From: Squalus acanthias
Taxonomy: Eukaryota
Length of the DNA: 64,000 bases
Direction: 5' to 3'
Assembly (NCBI GenBank): GCA_030390025.1
Contig: CM059446.1
Coordinates: 44,082,001 to 44,146,000 of the forward strand
Positions 49,801-59,502 of this stretch are shown one piece after another. Position 1 is the first letter of the stretch. Each line of letters starts with the position of its first letter. The notes under the pieces were generated by a model. The model was not told the origin of the DNA and ran no database searches. It saw nothing but the letters and a program-made list of their open reading frames with translations. A program made the translations under genes and the position numbers.

Positions 49801-51710
49801 TGATGGAATACTCTACATTTGCCTGAATGGGTGCAGCTGAAGCTCAAGAAATTCAATATCCAGGACAAAGTAGTCCATTTGATCAGCATCTCATCCACGA
49901 GCTTAAACATCCACCCCCTCCACCATGTCTGCAGTTGCGTACTATCTACAAGATGCACTACAGCAACTCACCAAGGCTTCTTCAGCAGCACTTCCCAAAC
50001 CCACAACATCTACCACCTAGAAGGACAAGGGCAGCAGGTGCATGGGAACATCATGACCTCAAACTTCCCCTCCAAGTTGACTTGGATATAATTTGCCACT
50101 CCTTCACCATTACTGGGTCAAAATCCTGAAACTCCCTACCTAACAGCATTGTGGGAGTACCTTCACCGTATGGAGTGCAACTGGTCAAGAAGAAAATTAA
50201 CCACCGCCTACCCAATGGCACTTAGGGATGGGCAATAAACACTGGCCTTGCCAGTGACACCCACACCCCAAGAATGAATAAAAAGGAGAGTTAATAAAAA
50301 TATGCACTAAGTATCAAAATAGGGAAAAGACAAATACAAAACCTTCAGTTTTTACCAACATTTTTGGTAAAGTACAAAAAAAGATATTTTATTAAGAAAA
50401 CTGACAGCTTTCCTGTTGCAAAACTGCACATCAAAAATGTAGTAAAGGGATTACCTTTATTTTTAGGTGTTTTCTTTGAAGGCGTATCTGAAAAAAGCTG
50501 TACGTTATCAGGATCTCCTCCCTCCTCTTCTACTGCCTGTTTTGGTAAAGTAAAATGTATAAGTTTTGTTTTAAAACAACTTCTAGATCACTAACTTATA
50601 CAGTGCAAATTATGAAAAGAATTAAAACTAGAAAATATTTTATTAAAACTGTACATTTCTGATGAGGTATACAAGCATAGCACTTTAGAAAAGTTCATAC
50701 TTCAAGCAAATACTTCAGTCTTCACCTGCAACTGTGATTAATTTGAAAGACCACAAACATTACTTTTCAACCCTGTGATCTTTCTAAACACTAAACTTGC
50801 ACTTAGAGAAACCACAACCTAAAATTATGTACACTAATCCGGCAAGTAAACCAGGGAAAATTTCTGGATTAGTACCAACCAGGCCTACATGAATTGCATT
50901 CAGCGTTGGTCATCAGACAGAATTATACACACCCTTGCAAACTATTAAGTAAATACTAGTTAACAAGAAAATAAGGTTAATTTATTCAAACGTTCTATGT
51001 CACAATATCTTTAACAGAATGTGAAATAATGTTTCGCTTTTAAACTGCATTAACCTCGATCTCGCAGGTAATACAAATCAGAAAATGGGCAGTTTTTTGA
51101 TAGTTAAATTGTAAGTTTTTTTTAAAAACGCAAACCCTTAAACACCCCTAAAAGGCGTCAGTTAACCGCCTATTTTAAATAAGTAAACTCTACTCGTTTA
51201 TTATCACATTAGAAACACCTTGCTGAAATAGGCAAACGTTCCTCATTAACCAACATTACTTGACCTTTTATTATTTTTTACAGGTGAACTGCTCATATTG
51301 GAACCTTGTGCACCATTTATGTTTTCTGCAACTGGGAATCACCCGATCTATCAGCACAAAACAGGTCTCAAAACATTTTTCACCGACAAGAGGAAATTTA
51401 ATTCGCTGTGATCTATTTGTGTCGACTCAGTGAAACATTAAACCCATTTACAGCAGCCATTAAATTGTGGAAGTAGGCTTCATCCAAGGCCCACTCAAGG
51501 TGGCGGCGGCAAACCGCGGCCCCAGGTCTCTCTCTCCCTCCCTCTTCACTTCACTTCACTGTAGACTTCTCGCACCTGTTTCAACCTGGCGATCAGAACC
51601 GTTTTAACGCCACTTATGTCTAAGTTCCGCCGTTTGAGTTCGGATTTGAGATCTACGACACGCAAGTCAGCAATGCGCCGTGCCTCAGTGGCGCTGGGGG
51701 TGGCGGCCAT
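13727..51710 (-). CDS. SLTM: SLTM, SAFB-like transcription modulator; complete gene, 21 coding exons, about 1061 aa
   Basis: N-terminal SAP domain ([31 protein letters not shown]), RRM ([48 protein letters not shown]), ER-rich coiled coil and C-terminal [12 protein letters not shown]. All 20 introns are GT-AG with matching phases; neighbour of MINDY2. Confidence 0.96.
14890..16520 (+). repeat. Diverged local direct duplication (about 170 bp; 14890-15060 and 16345-16518)
   Basis: Both copies contain ATCTAGTGAC...CTAGAAATG.CAGTAAA.GTACAGTCAAGGACAAG.TTTA.CTTGGCCACAA.TTTGGCA...TAAGGAGCA.AATATGCTTTAC..GAAATATTTCAAT.TAGTA...AAAAACAGCA. Confidence 0.8.
17713..17879 (-). CDS. SLTM: SLTM exon 20
   Basis: ttcccag|[55 protein letters not shown]|gtacta, 167 nt. 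Confidence 0.92.
18300..18447 (-). CDS. SLTM: SLTM exon 19
   Basis: tttag|[22 protein letters not shown]...[21 protein letters not shown]|gtacgg, 148 nt. Confidence 0.88.
19153..19536 (-). CDS. SLTM: SLTM exon 18
   Basis: aagcag|[13 protein letters not shown]...[12 protein letters not shown]...[19 protein letters not shown]|gtaaca, 384 nt; NAGNAG acceptor. Confidence 0.9.
20020..20160 (-). CDS. SLTM: SLTM exon 17
   Basis: tctag|[46 protein letters not shown]|gtgagt, 141 nt. Confidence 0.92.
20480..20790 (-). mobile_element. L2-like LINE 3' fragment with G23 run
   Basis: Minus frame reads ...[25 protein letters not shown]..., similar to the L2 C-terminus at 34160-34600. Confidence 0.6.
21028..21152 (-). 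CDS. SLTM: SLTM exon 16
   Basis: ttcag|[41 protein letters not shown]|gtatgt, 125 nt. Confidence 0.95.
21461..22061. mobile_element. Penelope-like-element-derived insertion with inverted ends and hammerhead remnant
   Basis: ACAGAAAATGTTGGAAATACTCA (about 21467) is inverted relative to TGAGTATTTCCAGCATTTTCTGT (21997). Flanking direct repeat ATTATTTAACT(A/G)TT at 21447 and 22062; hammerhead core at 21926-21962. Confidence 0.7.
21926..21962 (+). ncRNA. Minimal type I hammerhead ribozyme motif (degenerate, U16.1->C)
   Basis: AGTT-CTGATGA-A-AGGTC-atc-GACCT-GAAA-C-GCC-AACT: conserved core boxes, stem II and stem I visible. Confidence 0.6.
23088..23268 (-). CDS. SLTM: SLTM exon 15 (ER-rich coiled coil)
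   Basis: ctag|[60 protein letters not shown]|gtgaac, 181 nt. Confidence 0.95.
23635..24094 (-). mobile_element. tRNA-derived Deu-domain SINE (SacSINE1-like), full length
   Basis: Reverse complement of the 46123 copy: A box GTGGCTCAGTGG, B-box-like GATTCAAGCCC, Deu-like core and L2-type tail TATATAAATGCAAGT. Confidence 0.85.
24209..24363 (-). CDS. SLTM: SLTM exon 14
   Basis: ttctag|TSSSRSREK...[30 protein letters not shown]|gtaagt, 155 nt. Confidence 0.92.
25649..25743 (-). CDS. SLTM: SLTM exon 13
   Basis: catag|(S)[31 protein letters not shown]|gtgaat, 95 nt. Confidence 0.9.
25951..26126 (-). CDS. SLTM: SLTM exon 12
   Basis: caaag|(K)[23 protein letters not shown]...KADEKRRR|gtatgt, 176 nt; AAG acceptor. 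Confidence 0.85.
26925..27130 (+). mobile_element. Old LF-SINE-like fragment
   Basis: GCTGATCTCAGCTG...ATTGGCCTCAG...GCTCCCGATTGCTA...GACAGGATCAGACT..CTATGATG; related degenerate copies near 16190-16420, 37950-38070, 38700-38890, 45020-45290 and 53950-54130(-). Confidence 0.5.
27288..27411 (+). repeat. Two 57-bp direct repeats (period 67) in the CR1 5' UTR
   Basis: GGAGCAGTCCCGAGCGRCAGGAGCCGGAGACTGGAAGGAGCGGACCTGGAGGGAGCA at 27288 and 27355, one mismatch. Confidence 0.9.
27288..31560 (+). mobile_element. Near full-length, inactivated CR1-clade LINE (antisense, in SLTM intron 11)
   Basis: 5' UTR with 67-bp-period direct repeat. ORF1 about 27666-28606 with CxxC...HxC zinc motif, leucine-zipper-like stretch and SGNH esterase motifs (DSIVRG, VHIGTND, DGLH). 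ORF2 about 28760-31494 with APE endonuclease (ITEMWL, GDFN, SDH) and RT ([26 protein letters not shown]). CR1 3' end GGGCCGAATGGCCTCCTTCTGTG. Several stops and frameshifts. Confidence 0.95.
31585..31700 (-). CDS. SLTM: SLTM exon 11
   Basis: tttag|[38 protein letters not shown]|gtaagt, 116 nt. Confidence 0.9.
33247..33433. mobile_element. Young Penelope-type palindromic insertion with 14-bp target-site duplication
   Basis: Perfect 57-bp inverted repeat (33256-33312 / 33338-33394); TCAGGAAAAGGTGG duplicated at 33247-33260 and 33420-33433. Confidence 0.8.
33637..33786 (-). CDS. SLTM: SLTM exon 10 (RRM C-half)
   Basis: catag|[50 protein letters not shown]|gtaact, 150 nt. Confidence 0.95.
33899..34029 (-). 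CDS. SLTM: SLTM exon 9 (RRM N-half)
   Basis: catag|GVNSSTG...[26 protein letters not shown]|gtacgt, 131 nt. Confidence 0.95.
34160..34592 (+). mobile_element. L2-clade LINE 3' fragment
   Basis: Encodes [30 protein letters not shown]...[20 protein letters not shown]; ends AAGGCGCTATAGAAATGCAAGT. Confidence 0.85.
34695..34741 (-). CDS. SLTM: SLTM exon 8
   Basis: catag|(S)[15 protein letters not shown](G)|gtaaga, 47 nt. Confidence 0.88.
35426..35897 (-). CDS. SLTM: SLTM exon 7
   Basis: ctcag|(D)[13 protein letters not shown]...[28 protein letters not shown]...SSQAK|gtttgt, 472 nt; SLTM-characteristic motif. Confidence 0.95.
37349..37376 (-). CDS. SLTM: SLTM exon 6 (28-nt micro-exon)
   Basis: tttcag|EAEVDENEK(D)|gtatgt; supplies the phase 1 that exon 7 needs. 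Confidence 0.85.
38920..39330 (+). mobile_element. Old L2 LINE fragment
   Basis: [10 protein letters not shown]...IHAFVS L2 ORF2-like translation; degenerate. Confidence 0.6.
39480..39539 (-). CDS. SLTM: SLTM exon 5
   Basis: ttcag|[20 protein letters not shown]|gtaagc, 60 nt. Confidence 0.8.
40150..41660 (-). mobile_element. CR1 3' fragment split by a nested MITE
   Basis: Minus frames: EVIHFG...[52 protein letters not shown] (41359-41661) and [16 protein letters not shown] (about 40490-40550). The CR1 is collinear once 40597-41343 is removed. Confidence 0.85.
40597..41340. mobile_element. Non-autonomous DNA transposon (PIF/Harbinger-like MITE), 744 bp
   Basis: Imperfect TIRs GGCCCAGAAATTGATC / GATCAATTTTCGGCCC; 3-bp TSD AAT (40594-96, 41341-43); CpG-rich palindromic arms around an AT-rich core. 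Confidence 0.75.
42485..42673 (-). CDS. SLTM: SLTM exon 4
   Basis: acag|[20 protein letters not shown]...DDGEPEDQ|gtacag, 189 nt, acidic. Confidence 0.85.
42800..44030 (-). mobile_element. CR1 LINE 3' part with internal deletions
   Basis: [19 protein letters not shown]...[10 protein letters not shown]...MDFLKAFDK and [14 protein letters not shown] motifs; reversed CR1 tail at 42800. Confidence 0.9.
45290..45940 (+). mobile_element. CR1 LINE 3' fragment
   Basis: [64 protein letters not shown]; CR1 tail. Confidence 0.9.
46123..46571 (+). mobile_element. tRNA-derived Deu-domain SINE (SacSINE1-like), full length
   Basis: Pol III A box GTGGCTCAGTGG, B box GGTTCAAGTCC, core GTGCTGCACTGTCAGAGGTGCCGTCTTTCGGATGAGACGTTAAAC and tail GCGCTATATAAATGCAAGT(T-rich). 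Confidence 0.88.
46819..46883 (-). CDS. SLTM: SLTM exon 3
   Basis: ttttaag|(G)[21 protein letters not shown]|gtaaat, 65 nt, restores phase 0. Confidence 0.88.
48560..50285 (+). mobile_element. Degenerate non-LTR retrotransposon (RT region to 3' end)
   Basis: [47 protein letters not shown]; ends GAATGAATAAAAA. Confidence 0.88.
50455..50536 (-). CDS. SLTM: SLTM exon 2
   Basis: acag|[27 protein letters not shown](G)|gtaatc, 82 nt. Confidence 0.92.
51576..51710 (-). CDS. SLTM: SLTM exon 1 (SAP domain)
   Basis: [45 protein letters not shown]|gtgcga, 135 nt. Confidence 0.95.
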
Positions 51711-52099
51711 TTTACGCGTCTCCACCGGCCGAGCTCGAGCGGCCTCGGCCCGGGCCCCGCCCCCTCGCAGAGAGCCCGGATGGGAAACGAGCTGCCGCAA
51801 AGCGAGCGGAGTCGCGGCCTTGTCCTCAGCCCAATGGGAGGGGAAGTGGGCGCGGGAGTAGAGGCAGAGCTGGGATTCAGTGGAAGCCGGAAAGAGCTGC
51901 TGAGGGGGTATTAAAACACTCGGGAGGGTTCGGCTCGTTAAACATTTTACAAACCCCCCCCTTCTTCTCCTCCTCCTCCCTCAAAGCTGCCATGAACACA
52001 TCACTCCATTCCAAACAGAATGATCTGAAGCAATAGAAATGCGATTTCCCTGCTTGCTTGGTATTTTAAAAGGGAGAAAATATTTAATTTCATGGGAAC

Positions 52100-52205
52100 A
52101 CAACAGTTCTGGTGAAAGGTCAGCGACCTGAAACGTTAACTCTCTTTCTCCCTCCACAAATGCTGCCTGACCTGCTGAGTATTTCCAGCATTTACTGCTT
52201 TTATT
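52100..52205 (+). mobile_element. Penelope-type terminal fragment with hammerhead motif, inside the divergent promoter
   Basis: AGTT-CTGGTGA-A-AGGTC-agc-GACCT-GAAA-C-GTT-AACT (52105-52141), then ...CCTGCTGAGTATTTCCAGCATTT; homologous to 21926-22015. Confidence 0.7.
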
Positions 52206-52699
52206 TAAAAACATTCAGTGGTATCGCATTGATGTCACTATGATGAGGGGGGGGGGGGGGGAAATCACAACGTCGTTTAGAATTGCACCCAAACAGTAAA
52301 AAAAAACTACTTAAATTTAAAAAATATATATTTTATTGCGGTACTAGAGTCATTCTTTGATTGCAAGCAACACATCTCTAATGATCTAAAGCAATAGACA
52401 TTTTTATTTTGTAACATCTCTCTTAAGGTTGGTCCAAAGCTGGCCAAACCACGCATGCGCCATACCCCTCCCCCGTTAATAAAAGCGGTGTTTTAAAAAA
52501 AAATGCGACTCGGAATATAATATCGGAGCAAGACCACCTCTTTAATAGACAGAGAGAGAGAAAAAAAACCCCACAAGGAAGCTTTAGACTATAATTTGGT
52601 AGGACAAGGCGATATTTACCGGGATTGTTGGGGGCGGGGTGGATTGAAAGCAAACAAAGCCGGTGTCGTAAAAAAAAAAGAAAAGAAGGAAAGCTGGCG

Positions 52700-52890
52700 C
52701 TGTCGTGAAGGCGGAGCGGCGCCGTCCGAGGCAGTGAGCAACGCTCGCGCGAGTCTCCCCGGGCCCCGCAGCCAGCTTCGTCGTTCGGGAGCTTCTGTAA
52801 ACAAGAGGCGAGCTCTTCCAGAGAAATGCCTCAGTAAGGCCCGGTGGAAGTAATGCGCGGCGGGCCAGCACCATTACAGCAAAGCTTTCG
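52700..52890 (+). other. RNF111: Putative non-coding first exon of the divergent gene (RNF111/Arkadia by synteny); start approximate
   Basis: CpG-rich segment ending at TCG|gtaagc donor (52891). Identity comes only from the conserved MINDY2-SLTM-RNF111 order; no RNF111 coding sequence seen in the window. Confidence 0.5.
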
Positions 52891-52944
52891 GTAAGCTCCT
52901 TGTAAGAGAAAACAAATAAATAATCGTTATTTATTTGATTTGAA

Positions 52945-53114
52945 GCTTCTTCCCCTCCTCCTCCTCCTCCTCCTCCGCCTCCTCATTCCCGGCCGGTTAA
53001 AAAGTGATTATAAAGTCCCGGCCTGGTCAGCGCATTTCGAGCTGCTGACGTTTGAGTCTGACCCCCCCACTCCCACCCCTCCGCACAATTTACTCAATCG
53101 CACTTGCTAGGAAG
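52945..53114 (+). other. RNF111: Putative alternative non-coding first exon of the divergent gene; start approximate
   Basis: (CCT)n pyrimidine-rich start, CpG-containing, strong AAG|gtaggt donor at 53115. Confidence 0.45.
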
Positions 53115-54672
53115 GTAGGTTGTTGGGTGGGGGGGGGGGGAGAAGTTTGAATCCCCGCAAAAATCTCCCTGCAAGTCTTTTCTTTCGAAATCTTAAGAGA
53201 TTTTTTTTTTTTGCATTTCGCAGTAAAAATTATAAGCGGGTTGTCTCAAGTATGTCGGTGGTGGTTGCCAGGGAGTGATGTAGGATTCTCAGCAGCAATT
53301 GAATTGTCTGTGTTGATTGATTGAGTACGTTGCAGTGTACTTTATAGAGGAGCAGAAAAGGGGCAAAAATCTGTCTGCATTTGCTCTGTTTTCTAATTTT
53401 AGTATTCAGCTAAACAAGCTTTAGTGAGCTTGGAGGATGGTCAGTGCTAGTTTAGATTTGGTGCTGATAGTGATTAGTCAGTGCATGCTTCAAAGTGGTC
53501 TGTCAAGACTTCAATTTCAACAATTTCATAGTTTTTATTCTCCTTGTATAATTTTTAGTTACATCATTTTTATCATGTGATTTATGCTTTGAAATAATAG
53601 TGTCGATTGTATGAAGATAATTTTTAATATATAATTTGAAAAAAGTTTTGGATTTTTAAATTCTAGTTAAGTCTGAAAGAAATGATAAAGAATGGACTTC
53701 CAAGACCCAGTTAAAATTCTTGATAATGTAATGCAGTTAATGTTTACAAGCTTAACTTGTAGCTAATAGTTAATATAAGATTGTTGTCAAGGTAGATTTT
53801 TATTTGTGCACTTTGACTTCCAAGATGAAAAATAAAGTATACCTATAATGTTGCATACAATTGTCAATTAGTTTATGCTACATATGATTTAGTTCTGTAT
53901 CTGAAGTAACAATTTTTGCACAAACATACTATCTCATACTACTCTCTCTGGAGCAGTCACTCATGCTGGGAGACTATCCCATGCGCCCTCTGATACCGCA
54001 CCCAAGTAGTCATCATTCATGTGTGAACTGGGACAGTGGCTGTCAGCTGAGAATTCCACCATTTGGGGAAGAGGGAGGGTTATATTGCAGCCCAAGTGGA
54101 ATCATGACCTGGCTCAATGTTCAAGTGTGCATACTTTCCAGTAGGATATAGTGGCTGATATAACATTTCAGTTGTCTTAGCTCAAAACTGGATCTTTCTT
54201 GGTCTGCATAACTTATGCTTACCATGTGGTATGCTTATCTGTGGCCTTCAGGTAGACAATCTATTTTAAAGATTGCTGTAACAAATGCTACCCACACTGT
54301 CATACAGTTTTGTGTGTTTAATTCAACCAAATAATTCTTATATGAAACAGAATTGATTCTGTTGTGTATGCTGCAGCAATCTGGTATTTTTTTATACCAT
54401 GAATAGACTTTAGCTCGAAGAAAAATAGAAATTCAATTTTTGTTTACTTTTTTAAATTTCCTTCTCACATGATTGTTTTTAACATCAACAAATTGCATTT
54501 ATATAGTGCGTAAATGTAGAAAATGTCCCAAAGCGTTTCAGAGGCATAATAAAAAAAACTGTTAAAACAGTGCAGTCAAGCTCTGACATAAATCTCTACT
54601 CAAGCTAACAAATGTTACTGATTCTTTTTTCTATAATTTGTCCATCACTGAACTTCTGTGAGAATCCTGAAC

Positions 54673-54870
54673 AAAAACAGAAAATACTGCAAGTACATAG
54701 CCATTCCGTCAGCATCTTAAAAGAGACAAGTTAGTTTAATATTTCAGGTTAGATCTTTCATTAGAGCTGGTTTCTAACAGAGACCTCTCCCAAAACGTTG
54801 ACCTATCTTTCCAGTTGCTGACAGACATGCATTTCCTGCTTTTATTTGATTTCCAGCAGTTGCATTTTCT
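54673..54870. mobile_element. Old degenerate copy of the same Penelope-type palindromic family
   Basis: AAAACAGAAAAT...CAGCATC...TTTCAGGT..ATCTTTCATTAGAGCTG, then the opposite-orientation half AAACGTTGAC...TTTTATTTGATTTCCAGCA. Confidence 0.5.
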
Positions 54871-54999
54871 TCTTTGTATAATAATCAAGTTTCTCCTCTG
54901 AAAATAAGATGTCACTTTTGTCCTATTAATTTACAGTGGGCTTGAATTGATTTGAGTACCAGAGCTAAATTAACCAATCCCTGTTTTGACACTTGTCAG

Positions 55000-55195
55000 T
55001 GAGCGGGGATTTGAGGCGACAAGCATAGATGCCCTTAAGTGGAAGCTAGATCAGTATATATGGGAGAAAGGAACAGAAGGATATGCAGATAGGGTTAGAT
55101 GAAGTGGGAGAAGGCTCGTGCGGAGCATAAACATCGGCATAGATCAGTTGGGCCAAAAGGCCTGTTTCTGTGCTGTACATTCTATCTAATTCATA
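55000..55195 (+). mobile_element. CR1 3' end fragment
   Basis: GGAGCATAAACATCGGCATAGATCAGTTGGGCCAAAAGGCCTGTTTCTGTGCTGTACATTCTAT tail. Confidence 0.75.
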
Positions 55196-58100
55196 AGATT
55201 TTTTTTTTGACTAGCATGATCATAGACTCCAGTTATGGTAGGCAGCAGACCTATCGCTGACTAGTCAGAGCCAACTGGTTGAAAACAGTCGTTGTAGCTA
55301 GTTCGCAATTTTCACACTTGATTATTTGCATACTTGTGAATTTGTGTTTGTGTGAACATCATTACAAATGAAGGGCCCTGAATGTGTACCTAATGATGCA
55401 GTAAAAATTGCTCCCAAAGCATGGGGAGGATTGAGTCAGAGCAGCAGTCACTGCCGGTCCTGATCACGGCAGTTCTCCATTTGTGCAATAGCATCAAACA
55501 TCCTTTATCTGACTGCATTTTATTACTGGTTTAAATAATCAATTATTTGATCTGAGGAGAGGTTGAATATTTGTGTCAGCTTTAGTAAACAGTGACTGAA
55601 ATAGTGTAGTCACTGAAACAGTATTTTGCTGTTCCACCTACTGTAGGACTGTTGGGGTTTTCTACCAAAATTTGTGCATGCTTTCGCTCCGATCGCAACC
55701 TGCTTCTACTCTTTTTATAAATTGAACGATGAGACACTGGGGCAAACAAAAAAAGCCTCCCCTTTAAAGGGGCACAACTAATAGAAAACTAAATCGTAAG
55801 AAACAAAGGAAATTTATCAAATGAAATAATATTATTTACACCATCCACTTTGCACTCCAGTCCCTGCAGTGCCCACTGGTTATGGAAGGCCTCAAGCACG
55901 TCCTGCTTCTAAAGTTAAAAGGCAAAGAGGTTTGCTGCTTTTTTTTCTGGCTTTGGTGACTATGAATTAATTTATTTGTTCATTCAACATTGAAAGTCAG
56001 GGTATTAAAACAATGTGGTGAACTTTATTTGGTGAGAATTGACATTATGTTGAAATCTGTAATTTTGTGACAAGTAAAAATGTATTTAGTGTAACATTAC
56101 AAAGCCTACATCTTTAGAAATGGCACTCATTAAAAGAAAAGTTGTCACCATGTAAATTTTTCACTCATGCAGGAATGTTTGTGCAGTTTTCAAAGGTTTA
56201 AAAGCAAAATATTTGATTTTTTTTAAATGACCAAATAGATGGATATAATTAATGCCTGTAAGAAACCCTGTACTTAACAGTAGTTTGTTTTGGGGGGTGG
56301 GGTGGTGGCGAGAGAGAAGGAGCATGTATTCTGATAAAGGTGCAACACAGATCTTAACTTTGAGTACATTTGGAGGATGATTATGGATTCTATATGTTTT
56401 ATTTTTAAATTTTTTAAATTTAGAAACCTATATGAAAATTTCCACATAATGACTGGTCAATTTACTTCCTCATTAGTTATCCATCTCTTGTATTTTTCTG
56501 CTTGTTTTACTCGAATGATTCACAATCATATTATGAAAAACCTTTCTCCCAGGTCACATTCTACCAAAATAATTCTACCTAATCTCATTTCAGCAAAAGT
56601 GAGAGACTTGGCTATACAATATCCTACTCACCCCAATATATACAACAACAACTACTTGCATTTATATAATACCTTTTAAAGTAGACAAGTGTACCAAGGT
56701 ACTTTACAGAAGGAAAAATATCCCTATAAATAACATTTATGACATAACCAAAATAAAACTTACTCCATTTTTCCAACTTTTCGCTTCCCCCCCCCTCCCA
56801 CCACATCAGCATGCTCTCTGGCACATTCTGCATGCCCCGTGAACATCTCTAATCTCGAGGACATCTTCCCCGATGCTTCATGGCCCAGCTGAGGGTGGAT
56901 ATTCTGAGTCAAAAAAACCGCACTGCAATTCCCACATGCTACCATGCATCCCTCCATGCTGAATGCCATTTGTACCACGAGACTCTGCTCAATCCATTTT
57001 CATTCTCCATATAAGATGTACTCTTCCCATTCTCGCACCATTAAGTCTAGGCCTCCTGCTATCCCTTGTGCCTCTTAGTTTAAGGTCTTGTTGCAGCTTT
57101 AAGTTTCTCTCTCAACCACACCAGCCCCCCACCACCGCCCCCCCCCGACCTCTTGCTGTTTGCTCCCTTCCCAACCTCACCTTTTTAAAAAAAAAAAATA
57201 GTGCAGTTGACATTTATCAATAAAAAGCTCAGAGATTTACTCAAAATTGATGTTGTTAAAGGCCAAGTACATAATTTAAAAACATACATGGTTTATGAAT
57301 TACATATGGTTTATGAATTACAAACGTAACTGTATTTTGTACGAGTAGACCTATTAAAGCATTGGAAGGAATCACAAAATAAAGATGATTACACTTAATA
57401 CAAAAATAAACTTGAGGCTTACAAGCTAACGATTAGAAAGGCAGGAACAATTTTATGAGATAAAAAGCATGAAATACAAATAAAATATGTTCAATATTTT
57501 TCCCATGTGTGACACCATGAGAAATTGGCAAGTACGATTAAAATATTATATTGCATTATTTCCTTTTTGGCAATGGATATTTACCTTGGAACCTGTGAGA
57601 CTTTTGTACGGAGCATCGTCCGACTACAATGGTCATCTGTTGTCCATCCCCACAGCAAATTCCAGTGAAACGTGTTAATTGAGCCTAATTTTGAGTAACT
57701 GTTTTATGCACAGGTAGTTTCTTCCAAATAAAACATAGGGGTGTCCAGGCAGTTGTTACGTACTGATACGACTGTAAGGCAAAAGCCGCTCATTTCTTGT
57801 AGCCATATCAAATTATGAAAACTGTCCTGATGATCCTTTTCAGTGTAGTCGTATGTGCCTGAAAGCTTATGTTCTACCTTCTCATAATAATCCTTGTGCA
57901 GTGGCCTGAGGCTTGAGGAGTAGGAATGACACTTATCAGACTAGTGCAGTACTCTTTTTGGTTAAAGGAATGAACATCAATTAATAATAATGGCTCGTGT
58001 TTGTAAAAATTTCAGGTTTAGTGACCATGTTTACAGAGAAATATGCAATATTAGGTTGGTTTCTTTGATCAAAGGGCATACAGGAATAATTAAGGCATGC

Positions 58101-59426
58101 GTTCAACTATGCATGGAATAGTTAATCCAGATACACTGCTACCTCGGCTATCAGTTAAGTGTAAATCATCCTTTTATTGCGGAGACTACTGTGAACTGGA
58201 ATTACCTTACAGTCCTGAATCTGTGCAGGTTTCATGTATCAGGAGACCTAGTAGCCCTATATGTGGCAACTACAGATAACTATTATATGGCTATTCTGCT
58301 ATCCTATGCATAGTTCTGCTATTTTACAAAGCATTTAGAAACCAGTTTTTCAATTCTTTACAAATATGTAAGGGAAGGTAATAGTCTCTCAAACAGGAAG
58401 ATGAGATACAAGTCTCAATGTGGTCACCATTTTGGGCAAAGTGTAGCAAAAATGTCAGAAGGGCTGCTATAGTGCCAAGATCCCCATGTCTCATTAAATT
58501 TCTGAAAATTGAATGTAATATTTTACAATCCAAAAGCCCTAGCAAAATTGCTCATCAAGGTTGTCCAAACTATGGCCCATGGGCTGTGTGTGGTCCACGA
58601 GCCCGAACAATCCAGCCCTTGAAACACGGACAACACAGTATCTATTTGAGCTTATGTTTCTACTGGTTTGTCCTGTTAGGATTTTCATGGGCATGGGGGG
58701 TTTGGATTCTTAGTGTTGGGCAAATTCTAAATTAGCGGAAAGATCTGTTAGCAACTTAAAAGTTAATGTGATCATTGATTTCAACTTTAAATGTTGCCTG
58801 CCAGGCTCCATGATATGCACTAATTGGCTCACAACTACAAATAGCCTGGACACGCCTATGTTAAAGTATGAAAGTATAGCAGCATTACACATTATTACTG
58901 ACTGAAACCATTAATAACTGATGATTTGTAAAAGGAAACCCATTTTTTTAGAACTTCTGGTATACAACAGGAATTGTTTGTCTTGAAATGTGTTAATAAA
59001 TGTGCACACATTATCAAAATTTGATGGCAAAGTCAACTGAATGTAAATGCTCAACACCTCCATTGCACAAAATGCATTCAAAGTTGTACAATCTGGTTTT
59101 AATAGTAAATGCGTGTCACAGAAAGCAAATTCTAACCCTCTTCACCTTCAACTTTAAACATATAAGTAAACATTTTTTCTTGTTCAACAAGAGTGTGGGT
59201 GGTTCAGCTGTCACTGAGTTCTGAAAAGGAAGTTCCAGACGACTTTGGGGAGATGATTCATTACTGAGCTTAAATATTTCAGAGCATAACCTTTTATAAA
59301 GCACAAGTATGTCCAAGATTTTAATATTGCTCCCAAATTTGGGGACACTATTCTAGTACCTCTTGCACAGCACTTGACTGGATATAAAAGAAAACATGAT
59401 CTTTCACAGCCAATCTTTATCACACC

Positions 59427-59466
59427 TCGTGCCCCCTCTCTCTCGTGCCCCCTCTCTCTCGTGCCC

Positions 59467-59502
<36 letters not shown>

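Larger units (their letters stand above)
51490..53120. promoter_or_regulatory. CpG-rich divergent promoter region between SLTM (-) and a + strand gene
   Basis: Two CpG-dense blocks (about 51490-51950 and 52440-53100). YY1-like AAAATGGCCGCC spans the SLTM ATG (51702-51713, minus); CCAAT at 51831; NRF1-like CGCATGCGCA at 52452; GC box GGGGCGGGG near 52630. Confidence 0.8.
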
